Assembly (NCBI GenBank): GCA_964494835.1
Contig: CAZBSW010000001.1
Location: forward strand, 1 to 30,152
Source of the DNA: an uncultured Thermotogae bacterium
GTDB taxonomy: Bacteria; Bipolaricaulota; Bipolaricaulia; UBA7950; UBA9294
Reading direction: 5' to 3'
DNA length: 30,152 bases
Shown here piece after piece: positions 1 through 8,060 of this stretch. The notes beneath the pieces were generated by a model, which was given only the letters and a program-made list of their open reading frames with translations, searched no databases and had not been told where the DNA came from. The first letter of the stretch is position 1; the number at the start of each line of letters is the position of its first letter. Made by a program: the position numbers and the translations under genes.

Positions 1-559
1 GTAGCAGGATGTCGTTGTCTCGTGCGATGTCGCTGACCTGGAGGAATTCGTCTTGAGGCATCAGATAGCCTGTTGGATTGTGCGGCAGATTGACGACGAT
101 CAGCTTGGTGGAACTACAGATGGCGTTGCGAAGTTCATCGAGATCGAGAGCCCAGTCCTTGGCCTCTTGGGCACCCCACACTGTGACCTCACATCCGATG
201 GTTCGCGCAATTTCAGCCAGCGATTGATAGCAGGGCGAGTGAACGATGATGTGATCGCCAGAGCCCAGGACGGCATTCATAAGCGTGAAAATGGCTTCCT
301 CGGCACCCGCATGAACGAGAATATCGCTGGGAGCCATTGATTCGTACATATCACAAATCGCTTCGCGTAGCAGCGGGCTGCCATTGGATTCCGTATAGCC
401 CAGCCAGTGTCTGTGAAACTGCTCTTCTGCACCAGGATCCAGAGCGAGCAACTCTGCAATGGACACAGATTCGCAATCAGACCCACAGAGCAAATGGTCG
501 ACATTGAACTCGTAGTCAGCGAAGAATCGTTCCAGCTTGAATCGTGGGATTCTCATCAT
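1..559 (-). CDS. PLP-dependent aminotransferase class I/II (3' end outside window)
   Basis: Manual translation from ATG at 559 (RBS AAGGAG): MMRIPRFKLERFFADYEFNVDHLLCGSDCES...LGYTESNGSPLLREAI...AGAEEAIF...IVVNLPHNPTGY; the NxPHNPTG motif is typical of class I/II aminotransferases. Not in the ORF track because there is no stop inside the window. Confidence 0.9.
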   Translation of the reverse strand, partial: MMRIPRFKLERFFADYEFNVDHLLCGSDCESVSIAELLALDPGAEEQFHRHWLGYTESNGSPLLREAICDMYESMAPSDILVHAGAEEAIFTLMNAVLGSGDHIIVHSPCYQSLAEIARTIGCEVTVWGAQEAKDWALDLDELRNAICSSTKLIVVNLPHNPTGYLMPQDEFLQVSDIARDNDILL

Positions 560-584
560 CCTCACTCCTTCGGGCCGTAGAGGG

Positions 585-1361
585 CTAGCTTAATGAATGC
601 ATGAACAAGATACTACAGCAAGTCACAGCGCCCTCGGCCTTTGCCAATTCAGACAAGTTGACAGGCTCGATGCGGATCCCTTGCTTGGTCAAGCGTTCGG
701 CTGTTCTGGGAAAGGCAACGGGATAGATGACTGTCTCCCCAGTGAGCAGGCCGTTGGCAGCAAAGGCCTCATCAGGATGAACTTCGATGATCGCAAATTG
801 GTCGAACACGTTGGCATCGATCCACGATGGATTAACGAGAACGGTGTTGGAGGCCACAGCAGTGACAGCCGATTTCAGATGAAGACATCCATGAATCTCG
901 ACGCTGTGAACGCGGTATCCAAAGGAGGCAAGCTCAGCGGTCATCTGTGTGACGGCTTGGTCATTCGATCGGCTGGAGAGGCCGACATAGATATCCTTGC
1001 CCATGACGAGAACATCTCCGCCATCCAACGTTCCAGGAGCATTGATTTGCAGCAAGGTTCGAAAAGGCTTCAAAGCAGCAGCGACGGATTCGATCTCTGG
1101 CCGCCGCGAAGCAGCTCCGGGCCGCGCGATCACCGCGATTTCATCCAGCACTATCGCCGCGTCTTCCACAAAGACAGAATCCGGAAGATCGGGCTGTTCG
1201 GGAAGTCGGAGAAGTTCACATCCCAGACGCTTGAGACAACCTTCGTAGTCAGCGTGTTGTTTGCGAGCGAGATCCAGGTCGATGGGCATCCGTTCCTGAT
1301 ACGTCAACTCGCACTGGCCAAGGCTTGCGCTGACTGCCCGTGTGATGGCGACCTGTGTCAT
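585..1361 (-). CDS. ddaH: Dimethylarginine dimethylaminohydrolase (amidinotransferase superfamily)
   Basis: PDSVFVED, LDGGDVL, GCLHLKS and C-terminal AEGAVTCCS motifs with the catalytic Cys; 258 aa. Confidence 0.9.
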   Translation of the reverse strand: MTQVAITRAVSASLGQCELTYQERMPIDLDLARKQHADYEGCLKRLGCELLRLPEQPDLPDSVFVEDAAIVLDEIAVIARPGAASRRPEIESVAAALKPFRTLLQINAPGTLDGGDVLVMGKDIYVGLSSRSNDQAVTQMTAELASFGYRVHSVEIHGCLHLKSAVTAVASNTVLVNPSWIDANVFDQFAIIEVHPDEAFAANGLLTGETVIYPVAFPRTAERLTKQGIRIEPVNLSELAKAEGAVTCCSILFMHSLS

Positions 1362-1418
1362 CGTGTCCTCCTGGCTCGATTCTCCAAGTTTGCTTGATGA
1401 TTCTCAACCAAGAGACAG

Positions 1419-1441
1419 TGAGGAGCTCAGGGGACTCGAAC
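1419..1441 (-). repeat. Degenerate tRNA 3'-end fragment (Ala-like), possible att remnant at the island edge
   Basis: Minus strand GTTCGAGTCCCCTGAGCTCCTCA = T-loop + 3' T-stem + acceptor 3' strand resembling ...AGCTCCACCA; no matching 5' tRNA half nearby. Confidence 0.5.
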
Positions 1442-1510
1442 TCACCTGCTCTTCCTGGTGCCGCAAGAAAATATAACCTAATGAGAGTGACAAGCACCCC
1501 TTGACACGCC

Positions 1511-1576
1511 TACCGCCGTCGCTTGGCAAAAGGGTTCAAGAGCACTCTCCACCTCCTCGCAACAACAGGAACCCTC
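1511..1576 (-). repeat. Repeat A copy 1: 3' end of recombinase gene plus foreign arm
   Basis: 1511-1559 matches 7280-7328 at 43/49 nt (encodes EEVESALEPFCQATAV); 1561-1576 (aacaacaggaaccctc) matches copy 2 but not the recombinase. Confidence 0.9.
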
Positions 1577-1587
1577 CCGAGCCTCAA

Positions 1588-1617
1588 TTGACTTCCTATT
1601 TGCCATGTGCGTATGTT
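1588..1617 (+). promoter_or_regulatory. Putative sigma70 promoter of cassette gene
   Basis: TTGACT-N18-TATGTT, upstream of RBS AAAGGAGG and ATG 1658. Confidence 0.4.
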
Positions 1618-1657
1618 CTCTGTGATGTGTTCTGAGGATGGTATCAAAGGAGGACAA

Positions 1658-2674
1658 ATGAAAGGACGACGAACAGTCATGTTGGTCGCGGGGCTCCTGG
1701 TGCTTATTCTCCTCAGTTGGGGATCAGTTGCCAAGATTACGATGACGGACGCTGCCAAAAAGCGCTTTGCCGATAATGCCGTATACAAACAAGCTTTGGA
1801 GATCGTTAAGGAACTGGGCGTTGAAATAGAGACGTTACCAGACGGCACTGGTGTTTCGATGACGACCACTTGGGAACGGCTCGCGACTGCCAAGATGAAC
1901 GGCAAGGATTATGAGGTAGTCCTCGATGTCGGCGACGGCCATCCATGTTTGATCTACCAGACGCTCACGGACACTACACCTACAGGCGTGAGAATCATAT
2001 TTACATCTATGGGTAGAATGGGCTGGGGAGAGGTCAACCTCCAAGCAGAAGGCGCAGCAGACGAATTGGCGCGCGTCTTGTACAGTTTCTTGCGAGAGGC
2101 TGTGCTTCAACGCGAGTGTTGGGAGAGACAGACTAACCCGCAAGCGGGGAAGTGCGCAATTGAAGCGGCAACTCCTTTTGCAAACGACCAGCTGCTCGTG
2201 ACCGACACCCACTATGCCCTTTTCGACCAGGCGCTGACGGAACTAAGAAAGCCCACCCTTGCCGTCCTTGAAATAACGACGAAGACTGCGGCGGGGCCTA
2301 CGACCAAAACGATTTCCCCGGGGGTGTCTAAAGTCACGGTCACGGCTGGAGATGAGATACGCTTCGCTGTGTACGGTCCTCTGAATCACCAATACACGGT
2401 ATTTCAGTCCATTCTTCTTGCGAATAAACCAGAAGATGCAGATGGATACCTTGGCACCAAGACAGGCCTCTGTGAGATAAGGAGTCTGCCAATCGTGGGT
2501 GTATTGGGCATCAGTGGGGCTGTCTTCACGTATAGCGTGCCAACGACTGACGCCTCTGGGAACCCTCCGGCCGGTAAGTACTACCTACAGGTCGCGATTG
2601 CCAAAAGCGATACGACGTTCGCTACTGCAGGAGACTGCCATGTGACGAACATCATCGAGATCGTGGTGAAGTAG
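1658..2674 (+). CDS. Hypothetical exported protein (signal peptide), sole gene between repeat A copies 1 and 2
   Basis: Strong RBS before ATG 1658; MKGRR + hydrophobic stretch + SVA|K cleavage-like site; Thr-rich, beta-sandwich-like C-terminal part; no family recognised. Confidence 0.75.
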   Translation: MKGRRTVMLVAGLLVLILLSWGSVAKITMTDAAKKRFADNAVYKQALEIVKELGVEIETLPDGTGVSMTTTWERLATAKMNGKDYEVVLDVGDGHPCLIYQTLTDTTPTGVRIIFTSMGRMGWGEVNLQAEGAADELARVLYSFLREAVLQRECWERQTNPQAGKCAIEAATPFANDQLLVTDTHYALFDQALTELRKPTLAVLEITTKTAAGPTTKTISPGVSKVTVTAGDEIRFAVYGPLNHQYTVFQSILLANKPEDADGYLGTKTGLCEIRSLPIVGVLGISGAVFTYSVPTTDASGNPPAGKYYLQVAIAKSDTTFATAGDCHVTNIIEIVVK

Positions 2675-2755
2675 CGAACGAAAGTAGCAGTCTACCGAAG
2701 TGTCCCTGACGGTCTTCTAGTTATCGTTCCTTGTAGTTTCTTCCTTGGACTGTGA

Positions 2756-2816
2756 CCGTCGCTTGACGAAAGGATTTAAGAGCGCTCTCCACCTCTTCGC
2801 AACATCAGGAACCTTC
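2756..2816 (-). repeat. Repeat A copy 2: 3' end of recombinase gene plus foreign arm
   Basis: 2756-2799 matches 7285-7328 at 38/44 nt (encodes EEVESALKSFRQAT); arm aacatcaggaaccttc is 14/16 identical to the copy 1 arm. Confidence 0.9.
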
Positions 2817-2850
2817 AGTTGCGTGCGACGCCATTGGTCTATCTTAACAG

Positions 2851-3825
2851 CTATCGGGGCTGATTTGCTGTGTATTCTCGAACATCCATCTTTGAATCCT
2901 CTGCGAAACGAGCTACGAGGTTCGGTGTTCGTGTCTGCGATGGTTTGCAACAGTCGCCGGCTTGCTTCCAGACTAATTCAGAAAATGGATGGAAAGAACC
3001 CGGAGCGATGGGCACAGATGGGCGCCAGTGATGATATACTAAGGCGTTGAGCCTCATGCCAGGATTATCCATGCTCTGTGTATAGAACCAATTGCACCAG
3101 ACGACCGCACTGACCATATCATGTGTGAGATTCCCGTACTCATCAGGAAGGAAGAAACTGCCGGGGGTATGAAGCCCCTGTATCGCCCATGGGAAGTTCT
3201 CTTCCAAGTTCGGATCTCCCATTGAGGCACCATAAAGAGCCAGTTCAGCGTCTCGCGACTTGACACGGTGATCGCCCGGGAACACGAAGAAGACCAAAGG
3301 ACTGCCCGTCTCTTTGTACTTCGTGTACTTCTCAGAGAGGCGATCTGCGATCTTCTTAGCCTTATCCCCAGCGTCTGTGTACCCGCGATTGTCCCAGGGC
3401 CAAAACGTTCGGCTAGGAGTGAAAGACATGAATGCGTCAGCAAGGAAGATCTTATCATCAATCCGGAAAGAAAGGTCTGGGCGCAGGTCTCCGTAATTGG
3501 TCGGGTGGTATGTAGGATGGAGCATAAGCCTGTGTAGCAACTCATATGCAACAAACTCTCGAAGGTTGGCTGCGAAGTCGGTTTCATCATTCCTTGTAAT
3601 CCCATTGAGGAATGCTGTTCTCTGTGACACAGAGAGACGCTGGAGGGTCTTCTCAAGGACCCGGAGAGTTTCCATAGCATCTGCATCTTCCTCCGATACT
3701 AGCCACGCTATGGCGGGCCATCTATCCTTCACAGCAGTCAACGCATCTTGCAAAGTATTCATCCCAGGCTCCATTCTACCGGACATCGGAGCAAGCTTGA
3801 TACTTGTTCCGTAATTCCTTCCCAA
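2851..3825 (-). CDS. Hypothetical protein, possibly PD-(D/E)xK nuclease-like
   Basis: 324-codon ORF; real start may be ATG 3762 (GGAG upstream). REFVAYELL...RPDLSF...FLADAF...EKYTKY loosely resembles the PD-(D/E)xK core. Confidence 0.6.
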   Translation of the reverse strand: MGRNYGTSIKLAPMSGRMEPGMNTLQDALTAVKDRWPAIAWLVSEEDADAMETLRVLEKTLQRLSVSQRTAFLNGITRNDETDFAANLREFVAYELLHRLMLHPTYHPTNYGDLRPDLSFRIDDKIFLADAFMSFTPSRTFWPWDNRGYTDAGDKAKKIADRLSEKYTKYKETGSPLVFFVFPGDHRVKSRDAELALYGASMGDPNLEENFPWAIQGLHTPGSFFLPDEYGNLTHDMVSAVVWCNWFYTQSMDNPGMRLNALVYHHWRPSVPIAPGSFHPFSELVWKQAGDCCKPSQTRTPNLVARFAEDSKMDVREYTANQPR

Positions 3826-3950
3826 ATCTGAATCAAGTCTGAGTATATGGTCATCCTAACTAGGATATCGGTCCGGAACAGCTTCGTTATAGTTTCTCTC
3901 ACCAGTCTGGAGTGACCCCCTAAGACTTGACTGGTGGAACTGGAAGTCAG

Positions 3951-4320
3951 TCCGCTGCACGTAGCGGTGCGCCAACGGTTGAGCTTGGACGGTGGTGAAC
4001 ACATGGTCGCATTAGCCACACTGCGCCGCCTGGCGCTCTCTCCAGCTTCTCAGGCGGTCGATATCGGCCTCAGCCACCCAGAGGTACGATCCCCCCCCCT
4101 TGCTCCCTTTGCCTTGGCGAACTATTAGCTTGCCCGTGGTGAGATTGAGGTCCTGCCACTTCAAGGCGGTCACTTCTGCTACTCGAAGACCAGTGTTGAG
4201 CATTAATCGGAGCATAGTCCCGTTACGCTCACCGGTGGGGTAACGAGGGTTAGGCTGCTCCAAGAGCCGCTCTTGTTCCTCTTCTGTCAGAACTGTAGGG
4301 AGAGTTTTCGCCCTGGGCAT
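3951..4320 (-). pseudogene. Truncated paralog of the tyrosine recombinase (N-terminal ~60%)
   Basis: MPRAKTLPTVLTEEEQERLLEQPNPRYPTGERNG...GLRVAEV is near-identical to 7268-7864; G9 tract at 4091-4099, CAG>TAA stop at 4012-4014, homology ends after YVQR at 3951; lacks HxxR, H and Tyr. Confidence 0.9.
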
Positions 4321-4331
4321 CTTTCCTCCTT

Positions 4332-5594
4332 TCATTGTTGATGCCGCATAAGATTACGGGCTACAAACTCATTGAAGGTATATGCGTCGTAAATGATGTT
4401 CATAGGGCCGTTGGTCTCGATTTCCTTTATGACGGCTAGAAACGTGGAGGAGGTTAGTGAAGCTGTATGATACAAGTCGAGGAGCGGCTCTTCTAAGGAT
4501 TCTGCAAGCATTCTAAAGTCCGGGGGAAATGCGGGGGATACGAGAATTCTGGTTGCTCTATCTCTGTCTTCTAACGCCCAACACGAAGCTACCCAGGGCA
4601 AGTAATGCTTGAATATGAAGAGCTTTTCCCAAGCTTCGCGTTTGCGCTTTACCCAAACACTTCTTTGTGCCCAGAAGCAAGGAAGACGTGCAAGGAAGTC
4701 GAGAGGCAATACCGAGGCATATGGCGTATGCGCCGGGGTGAAGTAGTCAACATAGGTGGGGCCGCAAATATCAGCCGTTAGCATGGTTGCAAATGATTCA
4801 TTTAGGCAACTGAGCGCTAAAGAATCGACCAGTGGGCCTGCCAATTCAAAAGATAGATGCTGGCAATGAGTAAGGCGCTTAAAGATAAAATGGTACAGAT
4901 AGAAATGCACTACTTCATGTATGATAATTATTTGGGCTTGATTTTGCAGAGCGGCTAGATCTAATAAGCGCGGTAGACTACTCGCCGCACTGTGCTGAAT
5001 GAAAAGATATGCTCTATCGTCGTCTGGATTAAAGACAAGCCGTCCCGAAGACGGGAGAGGTTCGGGAACAAATGATAATGGGAGATGATACCACGGTGGC
5101 GAGAGGGACAAGCTTGCATCAGAAGGATTTGGGGAAGGCGCGAGTTTCCTAACAACGTTAATGACGTGCGGTTGTGTATTGGCTGCGACGAGCACATCAT
5201 AGAAGAAGCGGTCGAACCCCAATTGATGTAGTAGCTGGACAACATATCTTCCGAGAAATGAATCAATATTGAGGTCTGCTGAGGATGGAACACCGTCAAG
5301 ATCTGGCTGGTATCGGTTCTTAAACGGCTGGTTTTTGAATAAGGGGATATCTTTGTATAACGAGCCTTTTTGCTTATAGGGATATTCCCTGTAGCGGTAG
5401 CCCATACCTGACAGGAGTATCTTGTGACGATTTGATACCTGCTCATCAGTCAAGGACTCATCGTGCGGTAAATTTAGATGTGTATATACTACCGCCCTGG
5501 TGATCTCGGCATGAGTGAAATGCCTAACTTCACGAAGTACGGAAATGTATCTAGCCTCATCGAAAATGTGCTGATCTGGCGTATCTTGTTGCAC
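4332..5594 (-). CDS. HExxH zinc-metallopeptidase-like hypothetical protein
   Basis: IIIHEVVH followed 35 aa later by LNESFA (gluzincin-like third ligand); likely start GTG 5594 after AGGAG (track ORF extends to 5681). Confidence 0.65.
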   Translation of the reverse strand: MQQDTPDQHIFDEARYISVLREVRHFTHAEITRAVVYTHLNLPHDESLTDEQVSNRHKILLSGMGYRYREYPYKQKGSLYKDIPLFKNQPFKNRYQPDLDGVPSSADLNIDSFLGRYVVQLLHQLGFDRFFYDVLVAANTQPHVINVVRKLAPSPNPSDASLSLSPPWYHLPLSFVPEPLPSSGRLVFNPDDDRAYLFIQHSAASSLPRLLDLAALQNQAQIIIIHEVVHFYLYHFIFKRLTHCQHLSFELAGPLVDSLALSCLNESFATMLTADICGPTYVDYFTPAHTPYASVLPLDFLARLPCFWAQRSVWVKRKREAWEKLFIFKHYLPWVASCWALEDRDRATRILVSPAFPPDFRMLAESLEEPLLDLYHTASLTSSTFLAVIKEIETNGPMNIIYDAYTFNEFVARNLMRHQQ

Positions 5595-5789
5595 GATGCG
5601 GTAACTCCTGCCCGTGAAATAAAAAAACACAGGAAAGAACGTTCGAATTCTCAGTATAGGATGGTGGAGACATTGCGTCAACTACACATGTGTCCAACTT
5701 ACAAGTGTCCCGATAGGTAGTCTCTTGCAGATAGCGCGGCGGTAAGAAGGGCCAATTCGAAGAAGCTGATGAATGACGATGCATAGATA

Positions 5790-6449
5790 TTAAGATAACT
5801 CGGGCAGGTTAGTGGGCGAGTGCTTCTCAAAGTTCTTCTTTTGGCACGAGTCAACAACAATTGAACTATTGGGAGAATCAAAAATGAGCTTAATCTCCCA
5901 TCCTGTTACAGTCGGAGCGTTGGTTGACTGAACAGTGACAGTCATTGTAAGAACAACATTATCAGAAGAGTTCTGATCGATCAGAGCCGTCCATATACCA
6001 TCAACGACAGACCAGTAGAACAGTTTATGATCGTAAATTAAGAAAGCACAAAATTGAACGTATGCACGTGGAAGAATAGGGATTTCATAGTCTGATATGT
6101 CAGTGCTCAAAGAAATACCGAACGCGGAAGGAGAGACCCAAAGCCCAGGAGCGGACACGTTGATCTTATCTTGCAGCAGAGTGAAAAAAAGCAGCGGGAG
6201 ACAATCCCGAGCCTCCCGCGCTCCTAGGTTCTTTGCTGTTAGATACCAGTATTTAGCAACAGTAGTTGCTTCCTCGCCGCTCTCAACAAAAGGGGGCCAC
6301 TGCTCAGGCGAGAAAGGCCCGTACATAGAGCGGATGCTCTTGTAGACTTTTATCCGTGGGCGGTGCTTCAACTCCAGGATTTGATTTATAGCCGCACCGA
6401 GAGCAATACTACCGAGCCCGACTACCGTTGGTATAATCCATGCGCTCAT
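5790..6449 (-). CDS. Hypothetical membrane-anchored protein
   Basis: N-terminal hydrophobic helix (WIIPTVVGLGSIALGAAI) followed by basic residues; 219 aa. Confidence 0.65.
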   Translation of the reverse strand: MSAWIIPTVVGLGSIALGAAINQILELKHRPRIKVYKSIRSMYGPFSPEQWPPFVESGEEATTVAKYWYLTAKNLGAREARDCLPLLFFTLLQDKINVSAPGLWVSPSAFGISLSTDISDYEIPILPRAYVQFCAFLIYDHKLFYWSVVDGIWTALIDQNSSDNVVLTMTVTVQSTNAPTVTGWEIKLIFDSPNSSIVVDSCQKKNFEKHSPTNLPELS

Positions 6450-6473
6450 TGTTGTCGCATCCGTTTCTCTTTC

Positions 6474-6710
6474 CTAACCAACCTTTTTCTCGATGCGTCT
6501 TCCTGCCCTCTTGAGATGTTCTACGTCCGCGTGAGTTGTTGCAGGTTCGCGGCCAGCAATCTCTGAAAAGAAACCATCTAACGCTTGATCAATGAGTTTA
6601 CCCATTGGCACCCCAGTGTTCTTTGCAAGTTGTTGCAGGAACATCACGTTATCTTCAGCTAGATATGTGGTCATGCGACGACGCCTCCATGCTCGGAGCA
6701 CTTCAGACAT
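6474..6710 (-). CDS. Ribbon-helix-helix (CopG/Arc-like) DNA-binding protein
   Basis: RRRMTTYL beta-strand + EDNVMFLQQLAKNTG + MGKLIDQALDGF helices; AGGAGGT RBS before ATG 6710. Confidence 0.7.
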   Translation of the reverse strand: MSEVLRAWRRRRMTTYLAEDNVMFLQQLAKNTGVPMGKLIDQALDGFFSEIAGREPATTHADVEHLKRAGRRIEKKVG

Positions 6711-6817
6711 AGCAACCACCTCCTGCATACGGGGGTGCGTGAAGCAATGGGCTCTGTTCCTTCTTTGGTGTTGTGTCGTCTTCTATACGGGCACAGCACA
6801 TCACGGAGATGGTGCAT
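6671..6817 (-). CDS. Small Cys/His-rich ORF (48 aa), possible Zn-binding peptide
   Basis: TAAGGAGGT RBS just before ATG 6817; MHHLRDVLCPYRRRH...CRRWLLCLKCSEHGGVVA*; overlaps the RHH start by 40 nt; absent from the track (<60 aa). Confidence 0.35.
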   Translation of the reverse strand: MHHLRDVLCPYRRRHNTKEGTEPIASRTPVCRRWLLCLKCSEHGGVVA

Positions 6818-7056
6818 AGGTACCTCCTTATTCCGCGATCTAACAGGCACGAGGCTCCCCTTTTCATTTCAGTATCAGAAATAGGGTATTTGGCCATTAT
6901 GAGCGGGGGCCTTGCCCCGCCAGTGAATGACCGAGGGGGAGAGCGGGCCTTGTAAACCAATACTTGACTTAAAGACCCACCCTGCACTCCTCGACTCTCG
7001 CCCTACCGTCACCTCCTCCTGCCCCCGCGCGCAATGTCATATATTGGGCTACTAGT

Positions 7057-7085
7057 AGTATACGATACGCCGCACATAATGTCAA
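7057..7085 (-). promoter_or_regulatory. Near-consensus sigma70 promoter of the RHH cargo operon
   Basis: TTGACA (7085-7080)-N17-TATACT (7062-7057). Confidence 0.75.
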
Positions 7086-7267
7086 GTGTGTGCTTAATAT
7101 CAACATACAATAGCTGCTGGTCGTTGTCTAAAGATATGCTGCTATTTATAGGCAAATGAAACGCACATTCCGCTGGTGGAGAGAAAGCTCTCCGAAGATT
7201 TAAGTTGCTGCGTTCCCGGTAATGTTTGCTATAAACTGACACGTCGCGTTTCTAGACCCGTCTAATC

Positions 7268-7864
7268 CTATGTCACTATTACCGCCGTTGCTTGGCGAAA
7301 GGATTTGAGAGCACTCTCTACCTCCTCGTCGAAGATGTGGGTATAGATCATCGTCGTGGACAGGTCCGAGTGTCCAAGCACTTTCTGAACCAGGCGGATC
7401 TTGCTGGTCTCGCGATAGAGATCCGTAGCGAAAGAGTGGCGTAAGGTGTGCGGTGAGACGTCCTTGTCGATTCCCGCCTTGGTTGCGTACCGCTTCACCA
7501 TCCGCTGCACGTATCGATGTCCCAACGGTTGACCTTCTAGCGTAGTGAACACATGCTCGCACTGGCCACACTGCCCCGCCTGGCGCTCTCTCCAGCCCCT
7601 CAGACGGTCGATATCGGCCTCCGCAATCCAGAGTGTACGATCTTTGCTTCCCTTTCCCTGGCACACCAGTAGCTTGCCCGTAGTGAGATTGAGATCCTGC
7701 CACTTTAGGGACGTCACCTCCGCCAACCGTAGCCCCGTGTTGAGCATCAACCGGAGCAGCGTTCCGTTGCGCTCACCAGTGGGGTAGCGATGGTTGGGTT
7801 GTTCCAGTAGTCGCTCTTGTTCTTCTTCTGTCAGAACTGTAGGGAGTTTCTTCGGTGTTGCCAC
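7268..7864 (-). CDS. Tyrosine recombinase, catalytic domain only (198 aa)
   Basis: All catalytic residues present: GLR (R), GKG (K), HTLRH (HxxR), LGH (H), IYTH (Y). GTG 7864 after AGGAGG; begins at the LPxVL..EE linker, so there is no N-terminal core-binding domain. Confidence 0.95.
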   Translation of the reverse strand: MATPKKLPTVLTEEEQERLLEQPNHRYPTGERNGTLLRLMLNTGLRLAEVTSLKWQDLNLTTGKLLVCQGKGSKDRTLWIAEADIDRLRGWRERQAGQCGQCEHVFTTLEGQPLGHRYVQRMVKRYATKAGIDKDVSPHTLRHSFATDLYRETSKIRLVQKVLGHSDLSTTMIYTHIFDEEVESALKSFRQATAVIVT

Positions 7865-7921
7865 GTCTCCTCCTTTCCTTTCCATGACCGTATAATACAC
7901 ATTTTACGGCCTGTATCACTC

Positions 7922-7950
7922 GACATACAAGGGTCTTCGTTCCATGTCAA
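7922..7950 (-). promoter_or_regulatory. Putative recombinase promoter
   Basis: TTGACA (7950-7945)-N17-TATGTC (7927-7922). Confidence 0.55.
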
Positions 7951-8060
7951 GAGAAAGCGGCCTCATTCACAAGGGAGGATATGGGAGGATTCACCCTGCA
8001 GATCACCCAAGAAGGCCCTTTTTCGGAGGGTATACAAACCACCAAAGGGGACAGTAGAGG

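Noticed and set aside
597-1397. 266-aa + strand ORF
   Set aside because: Antisense shadow of ddaH; no motifs
1511-2816. Repeat A as CRISPR repeats or integron attC
   Set aside because: Spacing is 1.2-4.5 kb, there are no cas genes, no GTTRRRY/RYYYAAC hairpin, and the recombinase lacks the IntI-specific insertion
3951-4320. SSV-style split integrase (intN + intC halves)
   Set aside because: The intN fragment ends at YVQR and the intC copies start at EEVE; ~58 codons are missing, so they are not reciprocal products
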